Below, in pieces: positions 26,331 through 38,871 of a stretch of DNA of 64,000 bases. Source of the stretch: Ramazzottius varieornatus (lineage: Eukaryota > Animalia > Tardigrada); assembly GCA_001949185.1 (NCBI GenBank), contig BDGG01000003.1, positions 128,679-192,678 on the forward strand, read 5' to 3'. The notes under the pieces were generated by a model. It was not told the origin of the DNA, made no database searches, and worked only from the letters and a program-made list of their open reading frames with translations. Each line of letters begins with the position of its first letter. Within the stretch, counting starts at the first letter, position 1. The position numbers and the translations under genes are program-made.

Positions 26331-26408
26331 ATACATGGGCCTATGCCTGGTAGAAAATAATTTATTAGGATTTACGCTAAGGAAACGATGTGACGACTAT
26401 GGATATGA

Positions 26409-28762
26409 TTAATAAACAGGAACTGCGTTGGGGAATGTGCTTTCTGATCTCTTGGGTGGCTGGAACAAGCTATCACCGTGGGTTCCCATGTATGCCGCCC
26501 AGGGCTGGTCTTTCAACGGGAAAAACTTCGAGCCATCTTCGCAGCGTAACCGCAGCCGGTACACCGTCATACTTCCCATATTCAGATGGAACAGGTCTCG
26601 ATAAAGCTCAGGTGTTTTTGTTCCATCCTTTGAACAATGTGATGTACATTCCAGCTCGACTGTGTTCTCGTATGCATCGTGGTCCATCCCGTAGTAAGGG
26701 TCTATCGGATAAACAAAATGAAATTAGAATACCCACACAGTACGAAAAATGTGATTACTTCCTCAGTCTCTTACTCGATACGTTGAAGCGCTGAACTTCG
26801 ATAGCCATTTTTTCATCGATACACTTTTGGTCTTCTGGATTGACAATCGTTGTTTCAGACGGAAAGAACCAATACGTCGCGAAGACCAAGTCAAATGAAG
26901 ACAGTTCGCTTTGACCTGAGCCAAAAGAGTCAGCCAAAGCACCGGTCGAAATCAGCCGCTGAACGCCGTTGTCATCGTGCGGCCCAACATGACGTCGAGT
27001 TCTCCGTCTAGACTTTCGGGAACGATGCTCATCAGAGAGTTCTTCCTTCCATTCGGGATGCGATGCAAGAAATTCTTGCGCCAGTACCCTTGTGTCGACC
27101 CAGTTTGAGTGCTCGAGTTCCCTTCGCTCAGTTGAGTCGTAAACCAGGGAGCCCAACCCATCGGAAAACTGATTGATTGCAAACATTCGGCTCCGACCTG
27201 AGCCACCGAATCGGAGTTGACAAAAGTCCGCTCGGCTTTGTTGGTTAACTCTGGTGCCTTTTATGAACCGATATGCAGCGCTGCTTTTGTCAGAATTCAG
27301 CCGATTGGAATCTGGTCGCTCAAGTGTGCAATCGCTGGTCCAGTACAGAAACATCCAAGAGCGATCCTGTAACGCAACGGTCAGCGGTGAAGACTGCGAG
27401 CCGATAATGTCCTTAATCGGTCCTTTCAACAACGGTTGACCAGTTCGTCCATCAACAACCATCGCTTCTGCATGGTAGTAGATCGGGTACCCGGGACCAA
27501 CTGAGTATTTCAAGAAAAAGTCCGGTACATTATCGTCGTTGAAGTATCCTGCAGCTGGTGTACTGTATGTTTCTGAACCTGGAATGGTGTAGCGCCAAAT
27601 TTCTTCGAAGGTTACCCCATCGACTGCCACAACGCTTGAATTGAACATGGCCATGACGATATCTACCACGCCATCTGCCGTGATATCAACTAGGACAGGC
27701 GGCACCATCACGCCTTTGTATAGGTCCGTCAGGAGGGCCTTCGCCTTGCTGACGTCACCGCGGAGCAGGTCCAGCGTGCGGATAGCCCATAACGCACCAC
27801 CGTGCGTCTCACCACCCGAACCGAACAGAACAATCTGCGAGCCTTCGTTCACGTCATAGACTTGTGGAGAGTAGTACGATTCACCCTCATCGGGCATGGG
27901 TATGCTGGAGAGGACTTCGCCGGTACGACCTGAAAGGATTTGAAGAACACCGATAACTTTGACGGTCTGCCCGGGGGCACGAAGGGGATCGCCGCCGTGT
28001 GTGGAGAGGATTTCGGGAGTGCTGTCTTGATTGAGATCGTCGAGGATTTGAGGGGTGTAATAGTTGGAGAGGTCGGTGGAAGAGGTGTTGGCTGACCAAA
28101 GAATGCCGCCCAATTTTGTGTTGATCGCCACGAGTATCTACGAACACAAGCCCATTACTGAATACGCGAGTAGGAAACCGACATATCCATGGATTTAAAT
28201 GGCTTACAGCAGCACGGCCTCCAGCAACGCAATCTTTCTGTCCATCGGAGTTCAAATCAGCGTTGCAGTTGAGAGCGAAGACCTCGTGCTTGGTATAGAC
28301 CCTCCAGATCTCCTTGCCACTTACCCCATCAAGTGCCAGGACACCGCCAAAACACGGATGTTGTCCGCGGAAGTACACGTCGCAAACGATGTCTGGCATC
28401 TGGTACCCATCCCCGCCTAATATTTCAAGCTTCATTACCTAGCCCATGACAAATGATATCATTGGCTTGAGTTGCGCGATACCACACCTGTGCCAAAGCC
28501 CATAATAACATCATCAATGTGGTCGTCATTGACGTCTAGCATCCGGATTGCCGATTCTGTCAATAACTGCGGAAGGGTAGTAGTCCAGACGTCTTCGGTG
28601 GTGACTGAGCGACAAGTGCTGCCGCCGCGCGAGCCATTCACCTGAAAAACCACTGGAATCGTATGGAATGGTTTCGGCAATATTTCCAAGGTTTCCGGTA
28701 TTCAGAAGATAAAGGCGCACCAGTAATAAAGAAGAATATAGTAGTCCATGAAAGAACCTCAT
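26409..28762 (-). CDS. FAM234/ITFG3-like FG-GAP beta-propeller protein
   Basis: Repeated DxN/TxDG calcium-loop motifs (DVNDDHIDD, DLNSDGQKD, DLNQDSTPE, DITADGVVD, FNDDNVPD). Also GGVLALDGVSGKEIW, ESYYSPQ, FGSGGETHGG and a C-terminal QPWAAYMGTHGD. Probable N-terminal signal exon MRFFHGLLYSSLLL. Confidence 0.8.
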
Positions 28763-29335
28763 CGTTAGGTTTCTGTGATGATACCAGTTGAATGTGCAAT
28801 CGCTTCACTCGATAAGTCTGAGACCAGCAGGATTGGTGCACTATGAGGAAGTTGGTATGGAGTTATCCACCGCCGATTTTCCGGTTGGGACATATTCAAG
28901 GCTGATTTCAACATTCATCGCTTCGATGGGAAGCACTTAGTTGATCCCAAATTATGAAAAACCGGGTTATATTCTTCCAAAACAACCAGAAGCTCAGACG
29001 AAGCAAAACCGAGGCTATACCGTCCTTGGAAGGAAGGTGGGTCGAAAACAATGTCAAAAACCTATTTAGCGTACTAGCAATCAGCAATATCTCGTGGATT
29101 GGTGCAGGGCAGGCATCTCGAAGAGAACCTTTCGGGCTTCACTTCCTGGCTGTCGCGTGTATGGCCTGTGGAGTACGTGTTGGCTGCAAGAACCCTGCAA
29201 CATGCGGAAAGAACTCTGTACCGATGTCAACGGACCGTCAGAAATCCTGCGGTGCAGAAAGCCAGTTTGGCTGCATCTCATTCCGGGCATGTACAGTATG
29301 AGACGTCAATTTAGTTTTAACATAAATGGAACATG

Positions 29336-29480
29336 TACTGTAAAAAATCGCTGTGTCAGACGTAGTACGTATACGTGCGGGAAATTTTCACTCAGTGGCA
29401 GAGTGACCCGCCCCTCCCACCCGGGGGATGATTTACGTGTATCATAACGAAGGTATCGAAAGCAGCGAATTCTTACAGTA
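29336..29480. mobile_element. Short MITE, TACTGTA...TACAGTA family
   Basis: TACTGTAAAAAATCGCTG vs reverse complement of CAGCGAATTCTTACAGTA. Confidence 0.65.
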
Positions 29481-29681
29481 TGTCTACACCCTGCAGCAAC
29501 GGCACTGCGAATGATGGGCACCACGGATCTACAGTACTAAAAAACCCAGCAAATGCATACTGTGGTTAACCAAAATAAAGGTAATTGCTTTTGATACTGT
29601 ATATTGCGAGCAGTAAACGAAAGCCGTCTCAATCAGGAAACTATCCGCATCTAGCCAGCTTGCTCGGTCTATCACACACAA

Positions 29682-31280
29682 TTAGAGATCAGAATCGCAT
29701 GAGCTCAGTGCATCAGCTGAAATATTATTGATAGGCGTACCACGCAGCGATGCCGGCAGACTGCAGACTGGACAATTGATCTTCCCCTCAGCGTCCATAC
29801 ACACCGTCTCGCGCCCGAAGCTGTCGAATCCGAGACTTACCCATCTTCTGAGAGGGGCCACTCTTTTGCAGTCACAGTCCCACGGGTTTTCGGTTAATTT
29901 CAGCGATCTTAGTAGAGAGGTCGACTGCGAGAATGCCTTGATAGTTTCTTCAGAGAGAAAAGCCAACCGGTTTCCGCTGAGGTCGATTTCCCGAATTTCC
30001 TTCAGCTCAGCCAAGTGAGGAACTCTTTGGAGTCGGTTGTGTGAAAGGTTTAGCCGACGAAGATTAGGTAATGAAGGAAACAGCCCATCTGGCAAGTGAA
30101 CAAGACCGTTGTGAGACAGATGCAACTCTTCGATCACGTTATGGTTGTCGCCTAAAATTGGGGGCAATGTCGATGTAGGCATGTGAGTCATGAACAGTCT
30201 CTTCAAGGATGTGAACTGTCGGAACATTCCAGAGTGGACGCGTAGACCGCGATTTTCCGAGACATTCAACGCTTGCAGGTTTGCCGCAATCGGTCTGAAA
30301 GTTTCTTGCCTGAAGGCGTGAAGCTTCATGTTCGATACATCCAGTTCCTTGATACGCGCTCCGACGAACAAGTCGGCGTCAAGAACACTAGCCGGTAAAC
30401 CCGACAGATCCAAAAAGTCCAAGTGCAGTCCACGAAAGGCTTCATCCGAAATGAACCGGAGCGGGTTGCCCCGCAGACTCACACGCTTCAAACTGTGCAG
30501 GACGGATAGTTGGTAGGGCTGGATGGTTTGAAGTTTGTTGTAGCCCAAGTACAGTTCGCTCAGTTGCCGGTTGTGCCGGTCGAGTGCTTCCCATGGTAGG
30601 CTTCTCACATTGTTGCTCGTCAGGTTGAGGACTGTCAACATCGGCATGTTGGTGAAGAAGATCTGCGACAGAGTACTTTGTGGACCGACTGGGTCTCCAA
30701 TGAGGTTGAAACTGAGATCGAGGAACTCGAGATTGTCCAGAGGGGCATTTTCCTGGATGACGTCGCTGATGAGATTGCTTGAAAGCGTCAGGACTTTGAG
30801 ACTGGACAGGTAGGAGAAGGCAGAAAGCGTTAACGAAGTGAGGATATTACCATCGAGATGAAGATGTGTTAGTCGAGATAAACCGAGAAAGACCTCCTTT
30901 TGGATATCTTGAAAGTTATTGGAAGATAAGTTAAGAACTCTCAGGGTATTCGATACCGGTGAGAATATTGAATCAGGTAAATAGTTCAATGATGAGAAAG
31001 ACAGATGAACTTCTTCGAAAGAAGTACTCTGGAATATAGCGGTGCTTAGGTTGAAAGTATTGAGGTTATCCTTCGAGCCACTGATAAATAAAACTGCAAT
31101 ATCACGGTCACTGTTGCTGATGAATTTCTGCGACAAGGTTGTTCCTCCAGCTTCGCACCGGACTTGCTTCTTCCCGTTCAAAGTATGACACAAGCAAGCC
31201 AACGGGCATGTTGTTGAACAGTTCACATAAAGTAGTTTAAAAGCCAGGAGAAAGATCGCCCAAACACGTATTCGCCGCAT
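29682..31280 (-). CDS. Secreted leucine-rich-repeat protein (LRRNT, LRRs, LRRCT), single exon
   Basis: 532-aa ORF with a signal peptide, CPLACLC LRRNT cap, many LxxLxLSxN repeats and an ENPWDCDC...C LRRCT cap. No TM segment. Confidence 0.9.
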   Translation of the reverse strand: MRRIRVWAIFLLAFKLLYVNCSTTCPLACLCHTLNGKKQVRCEAGGTTLSQKFISNSDRDIAVLFISGSKDNLNTFNLSTAIFQSTSFEEVHLSFSSLNYLPDSIFSPVSNTLRVLNLSSNNFQDIQKEVFLGLSRLTHLHLDGNILTSLTLSAFSYLSSLKVLTLSSNLISDVIQENAPLDNLEFLDLSFNLIGDPVGPQSTLSQIFFTNMPMLTVLNLTSNNVRSLPWEALDRHNRQLSELYLGYNKLQTIQPYQLSVLHSLKRVSLRGNPLRFISDEAFRGLHLDFLDLSGLPASVLDADLFVGARIKELDVSNMKLHAFRQETFRPIAANLQALNVSENRGLRVHSGMFRQFTSLKRLFMTHMPTSTLPPILGDNHNVIEELHLSHNGLVHLPDGLFPSLPNLRRLNLSHNRLQRVPHLAELKEIREIDLSGNRLAFLSEETIKAFSQSTSLLRSLKLTENPWDCDCKRVAPLRRWVSLGFDSFGRETVCMDAEGKINCPVCSLPASLRGTPINNISADALSSCDSDL

Positions 31281-32267
31281 TTTGACAGATATAAGGCGTA
31301 TTCAGAACAGTCGGTGGAGCCACCGAAGATGTAGAGCGAACTTAATGGCTCTGTGTTGTCGGGCTCTGTAACACAATGCGCGCATGGGAAGCGTATGCAA
31401 ACGGCTAGAGTAGACTCTGTTTGTTCGGTGCTCTTTATACGGTCGTAAATTACAGTACCGGTAAAAATATTTCTTGGGTTCCCCCGCTCTTCGTGCAGTC
31501 TAGTCTGTGTTTAATGTCGACCGGGGACATTTAACGAGCTAGTGAGGTGCAATGATGATTCCAATAAATCTCCGGTTCCGCTGATTGCGCACTGTACGGA
31601 CGCAAAGCGCTGTAATGGAGACAGTATCCGGCGCAGGAGGTAGAACATCGTCTACCCTTCCTCGAGCGACAGCAATCATGATCAGAGGTTACCTGGATCT
31701 GACTGTTAATTACCACGTGCGCTTGGACAGATTTTTTCATTGTGTGTCTCTCCCGTTGATTATACATGATGACATCCTTCCGCAAAAAAAGCCGGGCTCG
31801 TAATTAGGTGCATCGAGCTCACCGCGAAGCCCGTTGAAGGTAAGTCTACGACCAAGGTGTGAGTCTTTCGTGCGCACTTGCGAGCCTCTCAAGCAACTGG
31901 GGCGATTGGACAGGCGGAGGTGAAGTGTCAGACTACTGGCGTCCAAGGACCATGATCGCCGTCAAGGTCGCCGCAAATAGCGAAGACCCCGAGGGAACAG
32001 AGCTCACGGAACCTTGATTCAAGAAAAGAGCTTTTCGCTCATTTGGGGCTGTACTTTACTCTCTGCAAGAACCAGCTAACTGCCGCAGGTTACTTTTCCT
32101 ACTGGCGCACGCCTCCAGTGTTGTTGACTGGAACAGTGCGCAGTTCGAGAAAACGATCTTGTCGAGTTTGTTTGTCAAAGTGGCGCATCTCATCGGTGTG
32201 ATTGGTTAAAAGCGTGCGCCACTTGACGAAACGCTGTCTGCCAATCACCTAAGCATGGAACAGTAAG

Positions 32268-32412
32268 AACTGTAAACATTCGCTGCACCCCCGCAGTACG
32301 TCATCGTACACGTGAAGTACAGATCCCGGTCTGGTTTCACGGCTTGCGCAACTCCCTACGGGGTGCACCGTCACGTACGTGTACTGGGCTGATGCAACGA
32401 ATAGTTACAGTA
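32268..32412. mobile_element. Short MITE, TACTGTA...TACAGTA family
   Basis: AACTGTAAACATTCGCTGCACCCCCGCAGTAC vs reverse complement of GTACTGGGCTGATGCAACGAATAGTTACAGTA. Confidence 0.65.
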
Positions 32413-32834
32413 ACTCACAAAGCTGATTTATGTCGAATTTCATGACGTGACATTGGTCTGTATTTGGTAATTACGCGAAATGAGCGAAGGGAAGATGGAA
32501 GCTATAATGGTCTAATGGGAAATTTCATGCCACGATTATGATCACTCTACCTGTAAAGAAATGTGCTCGTTTGTCCTCATCATGGGCAATACAAAAGTAA
32601 TTTTATGCCAGGCACCCATTAAGGCAACAATTTTCCTGTCTATTCGCAAAAGACGTGTCGCGAGGTAGGGAGCAGTATTAGACGCACGATCAAATTTCAT
32701 CATGCAGCGTCATTGACTTCATATCACGAATGTTATGAAACAACGCTGGAAAAATTAATAAATTATTACTGAGAAAGGTAATCAGCCACAAGTCCCAGTT
32801 CGGGCAAATCAAGGGTACCGTTGTTCCTACTGCG

Positions 32835-34411
32835 TCATGTACGAGAGCGATTCGATGAGCGGGTAACTCGAGCCATTCCTGGATCAGACGGCGCAGTTGT
32901 CGTTGTCTTTCCTTTACCCTGGAGAGTTTTTTCTGGCTCTTGGGGCTTCGCCTCCGTGACCTTCTTTTCCTTCTCCATTTTCTTCACTTTTTTCACTTCC
33001 TTCTTGTAGAAGTGCTCCGGTGAGACTACCTTTGAACTATGCTCGGACTTTTTATGGCAGACGATGTGGACTAAGCGAAGGTTAAGCTTCGTGAACAAGA
33101 GCTCATAAAAGTACCTCCAGTTCAGCTCGGCTTTCGGTGGTTTCTTCAGTACCGCATTGATCAGTCCAGGAACGATCTGCCGAGACTTTTCGATTTGATG
33201 GTCGAGGTTCCACGTCGAGAAAACAATCCGAGCTTCCTTGTTGTCGTAGGGGCAAATTAGATGGTAGAGGACACAGAGAGCTGCGTCGAACGGTCCTTCG
33301 CAACTGAACCAGCCGTCTTCGTCACACAGACGGAGGTTCTTGGGAGCTTTACGACCAAAGAGACTTCCGAAGAAGTCGTCTTTCTGCAGCGCAGACAGGA
33401 ATTTGTTGAAGATGGGCTCGAATACTGTGGTGTAGGTTGCTGAAGGAACGGACTGTTTGACGAGTTTGCGAGCGCCGTAGAAATATCCACGAACCCGGCT
33501 CTTGGCCCCGTTCACCATTACCTGTCAAGATGCAAAGGCAATAAAGTCACATCTATAGCTTCTCACACGAAAAGGGTTTTCGATGATTCAGTAAACTTTA
33601 TTGTAATAAGGGATACCTCGTTTATTAGCGCTCAGATTCTTTAGGAAATATTTAATCAACGTTCTGGTCAGATGACTAAGATGCGCCTGGTACTTTTCTG
33701 CGATGTTCCGCATTTCTAATGCACTGATGAAAATAATTCTATCAAGCTGGACTACACTGGAAAGCAAAGATGTATTTTGCTCTGTTCGGAGACGACCGCC
33801 TTCACAAAATGAGCGGCGGGTTAGAATCTAAAGGCGCCTTTGCTACCCTGTGGAGTTTCCGACGACGTAGTGCGCGACTTCGCTCGGAAACCTAATACAT
33901 ACAGCTTGCAAAACCCAACTTCGGTCACCTGTTCTTTGGACACTACGGTTTTCGGCAGGTCTGCAAACCAAGCCGGATCGTCTTTGCGGCTGTCAGCTTC
34001 CCGTCTATGGTCCAACGAAGCCATGAAGGTTGAGATGGCGGAGAGTTTGGCGCTGTCTTTGGTGATGTTGAGCGACTCTATGCGCTGCTGCACTTGATAT
34101 AACGGATGAATCTTCTTGACTTGGTCGAACGCCGTCATAACGTAGCTCCAGTATCCTGTCCATTCTTGGCCTGGGAGAAGAAAAACTAACACGCTGTGGG
34201 AAGGTAGATCTTGGAGGAAATGCTCATCGGAGACGACGGCGCCGTCATCTTCCAGACAGATGCGAATGTCAGCATCACGATGGACAGTGTCCACACTGTC
34301 CAGCTGGAGTTTGGCACGGCCCTTTTGCAACAGATCGGTAAACGAATGAACGACGATGCCGTAACGATGCTTCCGGTGGACATCCTGTATCTTGATAGGT
34401 AATGGCTTCAT
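32835..34411 (-). CDS. DFFB: Caspase-activated DNase (DFF40/CAD)
   Basis: Exon 1 (34411-~33929) encodes CIDE-N (RYGIV...LLQKG...LEDDGAVV) and DDPAWF. Exon 2 (~33521-32835) has KSRVRGY, CDEDGWFSCEGPFD, FSTWNLDHQIEK and LFTKLNLRLVHIVCH, so catalytic and Zn residues appear retained. Confidence 0.93.
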
Positions 34412-36092
34412 GGTGTGCTAAAACAAGTATCCACTCTGAGGGACAAAAATTCCGTAGCTTGGATGATAATCTAAACGTCTCCATGCGTTTCTGTACGAGG
34501 AGCGAGATCTTACTTTGTCCACGAGCATACTTTGTCCAGTCAAGTTCTGAAGGTGGCGTTGCCAGTTGCGAGATCACAGTAAAATTAGCTGGCGCAGTGT
34601 CGCTCATAAGGCAACTCAGAAAAAGTGGACAAAGTTTCAACCGTTTCGTTTTCACAGTGAAATCTAAGGCCTTGATCTGACGACAGCGCTTCACACTGAC
34701 ATATCTTTCTAAAACGTGGACGGAGTTGGCCTGTTGCACCCTGGTGCCTGACCGAATATACATTTCCTCCAACCGTATGGATGACCGCAAAAACCTGCGA
34801 ATACATCCAGATGCCCTAAGTTTCTTTAAATCTAATGTTTCTGCCGATTTTTCTCATTTTCATTCGGTGAAACTGTGTGCGTGCTGCTGTTCGTTGATCT
34901 CTTACGTCCCGCGCTTGATGGATTAGCCGACATTATCTTTCTAGTAATGCACTACTGATACTGGAAGTGCAGCTGGGACATGGCCCCGCTAGCCAGGCGC
35001 AACCTTGACTGTGAATCGATATTTGCACTAAGGTCTTCCTCCCTCCCGGTAATACTTCGAAGGGTCCTGTAACCATACAGCAAGAGACTTGCAGTATTGC
35101 GAAAGGACGCGGAAGAAAATTGGGTCAAGTAGATTGATGATCCGACACCCTTGATGATGCACGTACATTTCAAGGAATGCTTACCAGTCTTTTATCAGAA
35201 CCGTCATACCTGCTCCATGTTTCTGTTTACTTAACCGTATCTCGCGTTATACACCCACGTGCTGCTTCCTATCTGATCATGATGTGATCGCTTGTTCTGA
35301 CAGCCTCAGGAGTCAAGCACAAGCAGACATATTGCGTTCTGCAAGATACTATAGACGTAGTAGCCAACCGCTATTTGCAAGAACATTATGGGAGTTTCGG
35401 AGCCGGAAGGCGCATGATGAAGTGGCTCCGATGATGCATACTGACGTTCCCTAATAAAAATAACGACACCTTTTCTGTTGGTACTTTCGGGGAGGGAATC
35501 ATTTTTGCGCTGATTTGACTCCATCATTGTTTTTTTGAAACGGAAAAGTTGCTGAGTGATTCGTTGTTTTGTTGTGTCAACTCCCTTGCTGTACCTTGCC
35601 CAAGTGATACGTTCCCTTGCCTGACCAGTCCATGGATATCTCGGTTCTCGACTTGGAGACTGCATGAGCTTGTGCGATACTGCCCGACTTCCTTTACCAT
35701 GTGATACTTTGGACCATAGGTGTGGTGCGATATAGCGAGAAGCACTCAGCCGATCGTATCAACTGGACACTTTGCGCCACTTCTGCCAGCGTGAAAGCAG
35801 CACAAAGTCAATTGTTCGAGTTTACAGCTTGATAGACCGTGGATGCAGCCTCGCATGTGATCGGTCAAATATTGATTCGCACACTTTACTGCTGCTCATT
35901 TCCTCATTGCTCCAGATGTCGTAACGCGTTACCACGTTTTAGTCTTTCAATACCGGCAGCCTGTTGAATTACTTGTAGTCAACCGGCACGCTCTACCGTC
36001 CATTCCGGAATTCTTCTGCATGCTGGTACTTGGTATCCAGCGATAAGCTTAAAATATTTGGTCTGGACGACGATCTCGTCGACGGTGTCCTC

Positions 36093-38476
36093 ATGAATCG
36101 ACTCTTGTACTCACTTTCATCCTTTTTACCTCTATGGATCATCTCAGAAGGTGTCATACAACCTACAACAGGTACAGCGTGATACGTATTGCGCATTTAC
36201 TGAATCAAAGATTTAGCCAAGTGGATGAAAACTATCTTTTGCCACCATCGAAGTTTGAGCGGTTTTGTCGACTGTGTCACAGGTGGCGCCATCATCCAGC
36301 CGGATCTTCCTTTTCCTCAGTTCCAATGCTTCTTCACATCGTGGAGTCGGTACCGCGACGCCTGGGCTTATACGCCGGCAAACGTCGAGCCTTTCATGTG
36401 CACCACCATCGTATACGCTTTCGCTCAGATTCTCGATGATCGTATTGCGCTGTACGATTGGAAGGATGAAGGTACCATCACATGCAGATATTTCAGTATA
36501 CGCTAGGGCGACTATGCGCTGCGAGCGCACTCGATTCTACCCGCACAAAAATCATAGTTCGCCTGGCTAAATTTTATAGATAATCTCAGAGACTTGGTGG
36601 CGCTGAAACAGATTAACCCTAACCTCCGGATACATCTCAGCGTTGGCGGATGGACTTTAAGCTATCAGTTCAGACCGATGGCCATATCCCCAGACAGCCG
36701 CCAGTCCTTCATCAGCTCTACCGTGAATTTTCTTAGAGCGTACGAGCTGGATGGGATTGACGTCGACTGGGAATACCCGGAAGAACCCGACAGAGAACTC
36801 TACACCGCTCTCATCACGGTAAGAAGTACGACCAGCTGTTTTGTTAAATCCGGATCCATCTAGCTTCTTTTCAATTGGGGAACCTTTCTTTATAGGAGTT
36901 TAGACAAGCTTTTGACGACGATGCGAGAAAAAGCGGCAAACGACGCTTGGCGTTGACCGTCGACGTCGGTGCGCTGATGCATGGAGGTTACGATGTACCC
37001 AAACTTGCTCCGTAAGTTCATGTTCACTTCGAAATGTGTGTCTTGAAAAACTGGCCCGAGTTTTGAAAAATATTCGATTTCGTATTCAGCCTGCTGGATC
37101 TGGTTAATGTAATGGCGTACGACTATCACGGTTCGTGGGAACAGAAGACTGGACACAATGCACCCCTGTATAAGCGCTCGAACGAAACAGATTATCAAGC
37201 CAAACTGAACGTTGTAAGCACATACTTTGAGATCGGCACGAAACTTGCACTCTTGTTTGAACAGTGAATCCGTTAAACAGCTGATTTTTTTTCAGGAATA
37301 TTCGGCGAACTTGTGGATTACTGCCGGTATTGCCAAAGAGAAGCTCGCAATCGGTATCCCAACATATGGAAGGTCTTGGGTCCTGCAAAACCCCAAAGTC
37401 AACGACTTCAACTCGCCGACCAAGAGTGGAGGACCCAAGGGACCGTACTCCAAAGAGATTGGCAGCTTGGCCTATTTCGAGATCTGCGACAGGGTCATCA
37501 ACCAAAAAACCTTGACGCCGGTCACCAACGCCGAATGTCAGTGCAGTTACGCCACCGGAGGCGATTTCTGGGTCAGCTATGACGACGCTGCCAGCGTCAC
37601 GCAGAAGGTAACTAAAAGTCGTAGAGGTGCTCATTTGGAAGAAAAACTCCATTTTTCTCAAACGTTGAAATGGTAGAGAAATGACGAAAAATGGCATCGC
37701 ATCGAAGTGTAGCAAAATCGATCATCATGAAAACGTGGTGCTCAATGCAATGTGATAAAATTCCGACAATGAAGTCTGTTCAACCGACGCACTTCTCTCA
37801 GGCTAGATGGATCAAAGCGCACGGCCTGAACGGTGTTCTGGTCTGGGAACTGGGTATGGACGACTTCAAAGGTTCCTGCGGCACCAAGAAGAACCCGCTC
37901 TTCAGCGCCATCTACGAAGTCTTCTACGGTAAGCCCATCCCCACCCTTCCTCCGACGACTCTGCGTCCCGGCCAAACTACAACTCCACGTCCGCCTATCA
38001 AGACCGACAAACCCATCATCCCTACAAACTCGAAGCCTGTCAGCTGCGATGACGCATTCTGTTCACTTCGTCCAGCCGGCGACTATTCCACCGGTCCCTG
38101 CGAGTCAGCCTTCTGTACGTGCGTCGGCGGGTTCTCGTACGTCCGGGACTGTCCGCCGAGTACCATCTACGACCCTATGAACAAGGTGTGCAGCTGGCCG
38201 CAGAGCGTTCCCGGATGCTTGGCACAGACCTCGTCGAACAAGGCCAAGTTGGTAAAGGAAGAACTGAAAACGTGCCGCGACGAGGGTAATTGTTTGTGTG
38301 ACCCGCCGTTTTGCAAACGGCATGGGCTGGGCGACTTCGCGCTAGGTCTCTGTTTGACAACGTTCTGTTCGTGTGCTCCTGGGGACGTGGCGTACACCAG
38401 GAACTGCCCCGAACCGCTCATCTACGATCTGATGCTGTCGGTGTGTAACTGGAAGGGCAGCGTAACCACATGCTAA
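36093..38476 (+). CDS. GH18 chitinase with Pro/Thr linker and two CBM14 (peritrophin-A) domains
   Basis: Signal exon MNRLLYSLSSFLPLW. Contains CTTIVYAFA, LSVGGW, catalytic DGIDVDWEYP, MAYDYHGSW, GIPTYGR, WVSYDD and VWELGMDDF, plus two 6-Cys chitin-binding modules. Confidence 0.95.
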
Positions 38477-38871
38477 ATACCTTTACTGATCCAGATCACA
38501 GTTCATCAACTTGTTGTTAGCCAGTCACTTTTGTTGTTTTTTTGTTCTACTGTTTCTGACCTTGTTAAGAAAATTGCACGACTGTTCCTGTCGAAAACGC
38601 TGTTCCGTCCTTAATATCGGTTTTACTGTTCTGCGGCAGAAAATTAGAATCCCCTCCGGATACGTTTTGTTGCCATGAAGTGCTATCGCTGTCAGCTAAA
38701 TAAAGAAACGTTAAAATTGACCTCCTGTTTGAGACATTTGCTCAGAAGAATTCCAAGTTGGGAATTTCACTACACGTGTAAATGAGCGCTTTGTGTTACT
38801 CCTTGCGTTGAAGCTTACTAACACACTGAACTGTCCCCACTGACAGAGGAACTGATAATCTAACTATCCCA

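Noticed and set aside
34275-34790. 171-aa ORF overlapping the DFFB start
   Set aside because: Non-ATG start, different frame from DFFB and no motifs; probably spurious.
2405-38476. Functional moulting cluster (eclosion hormone plus chitinase)
   Set aside because: The genes are 33 kb apart and separated by unrelated housekeeping genes; no evidence of co-regulation.
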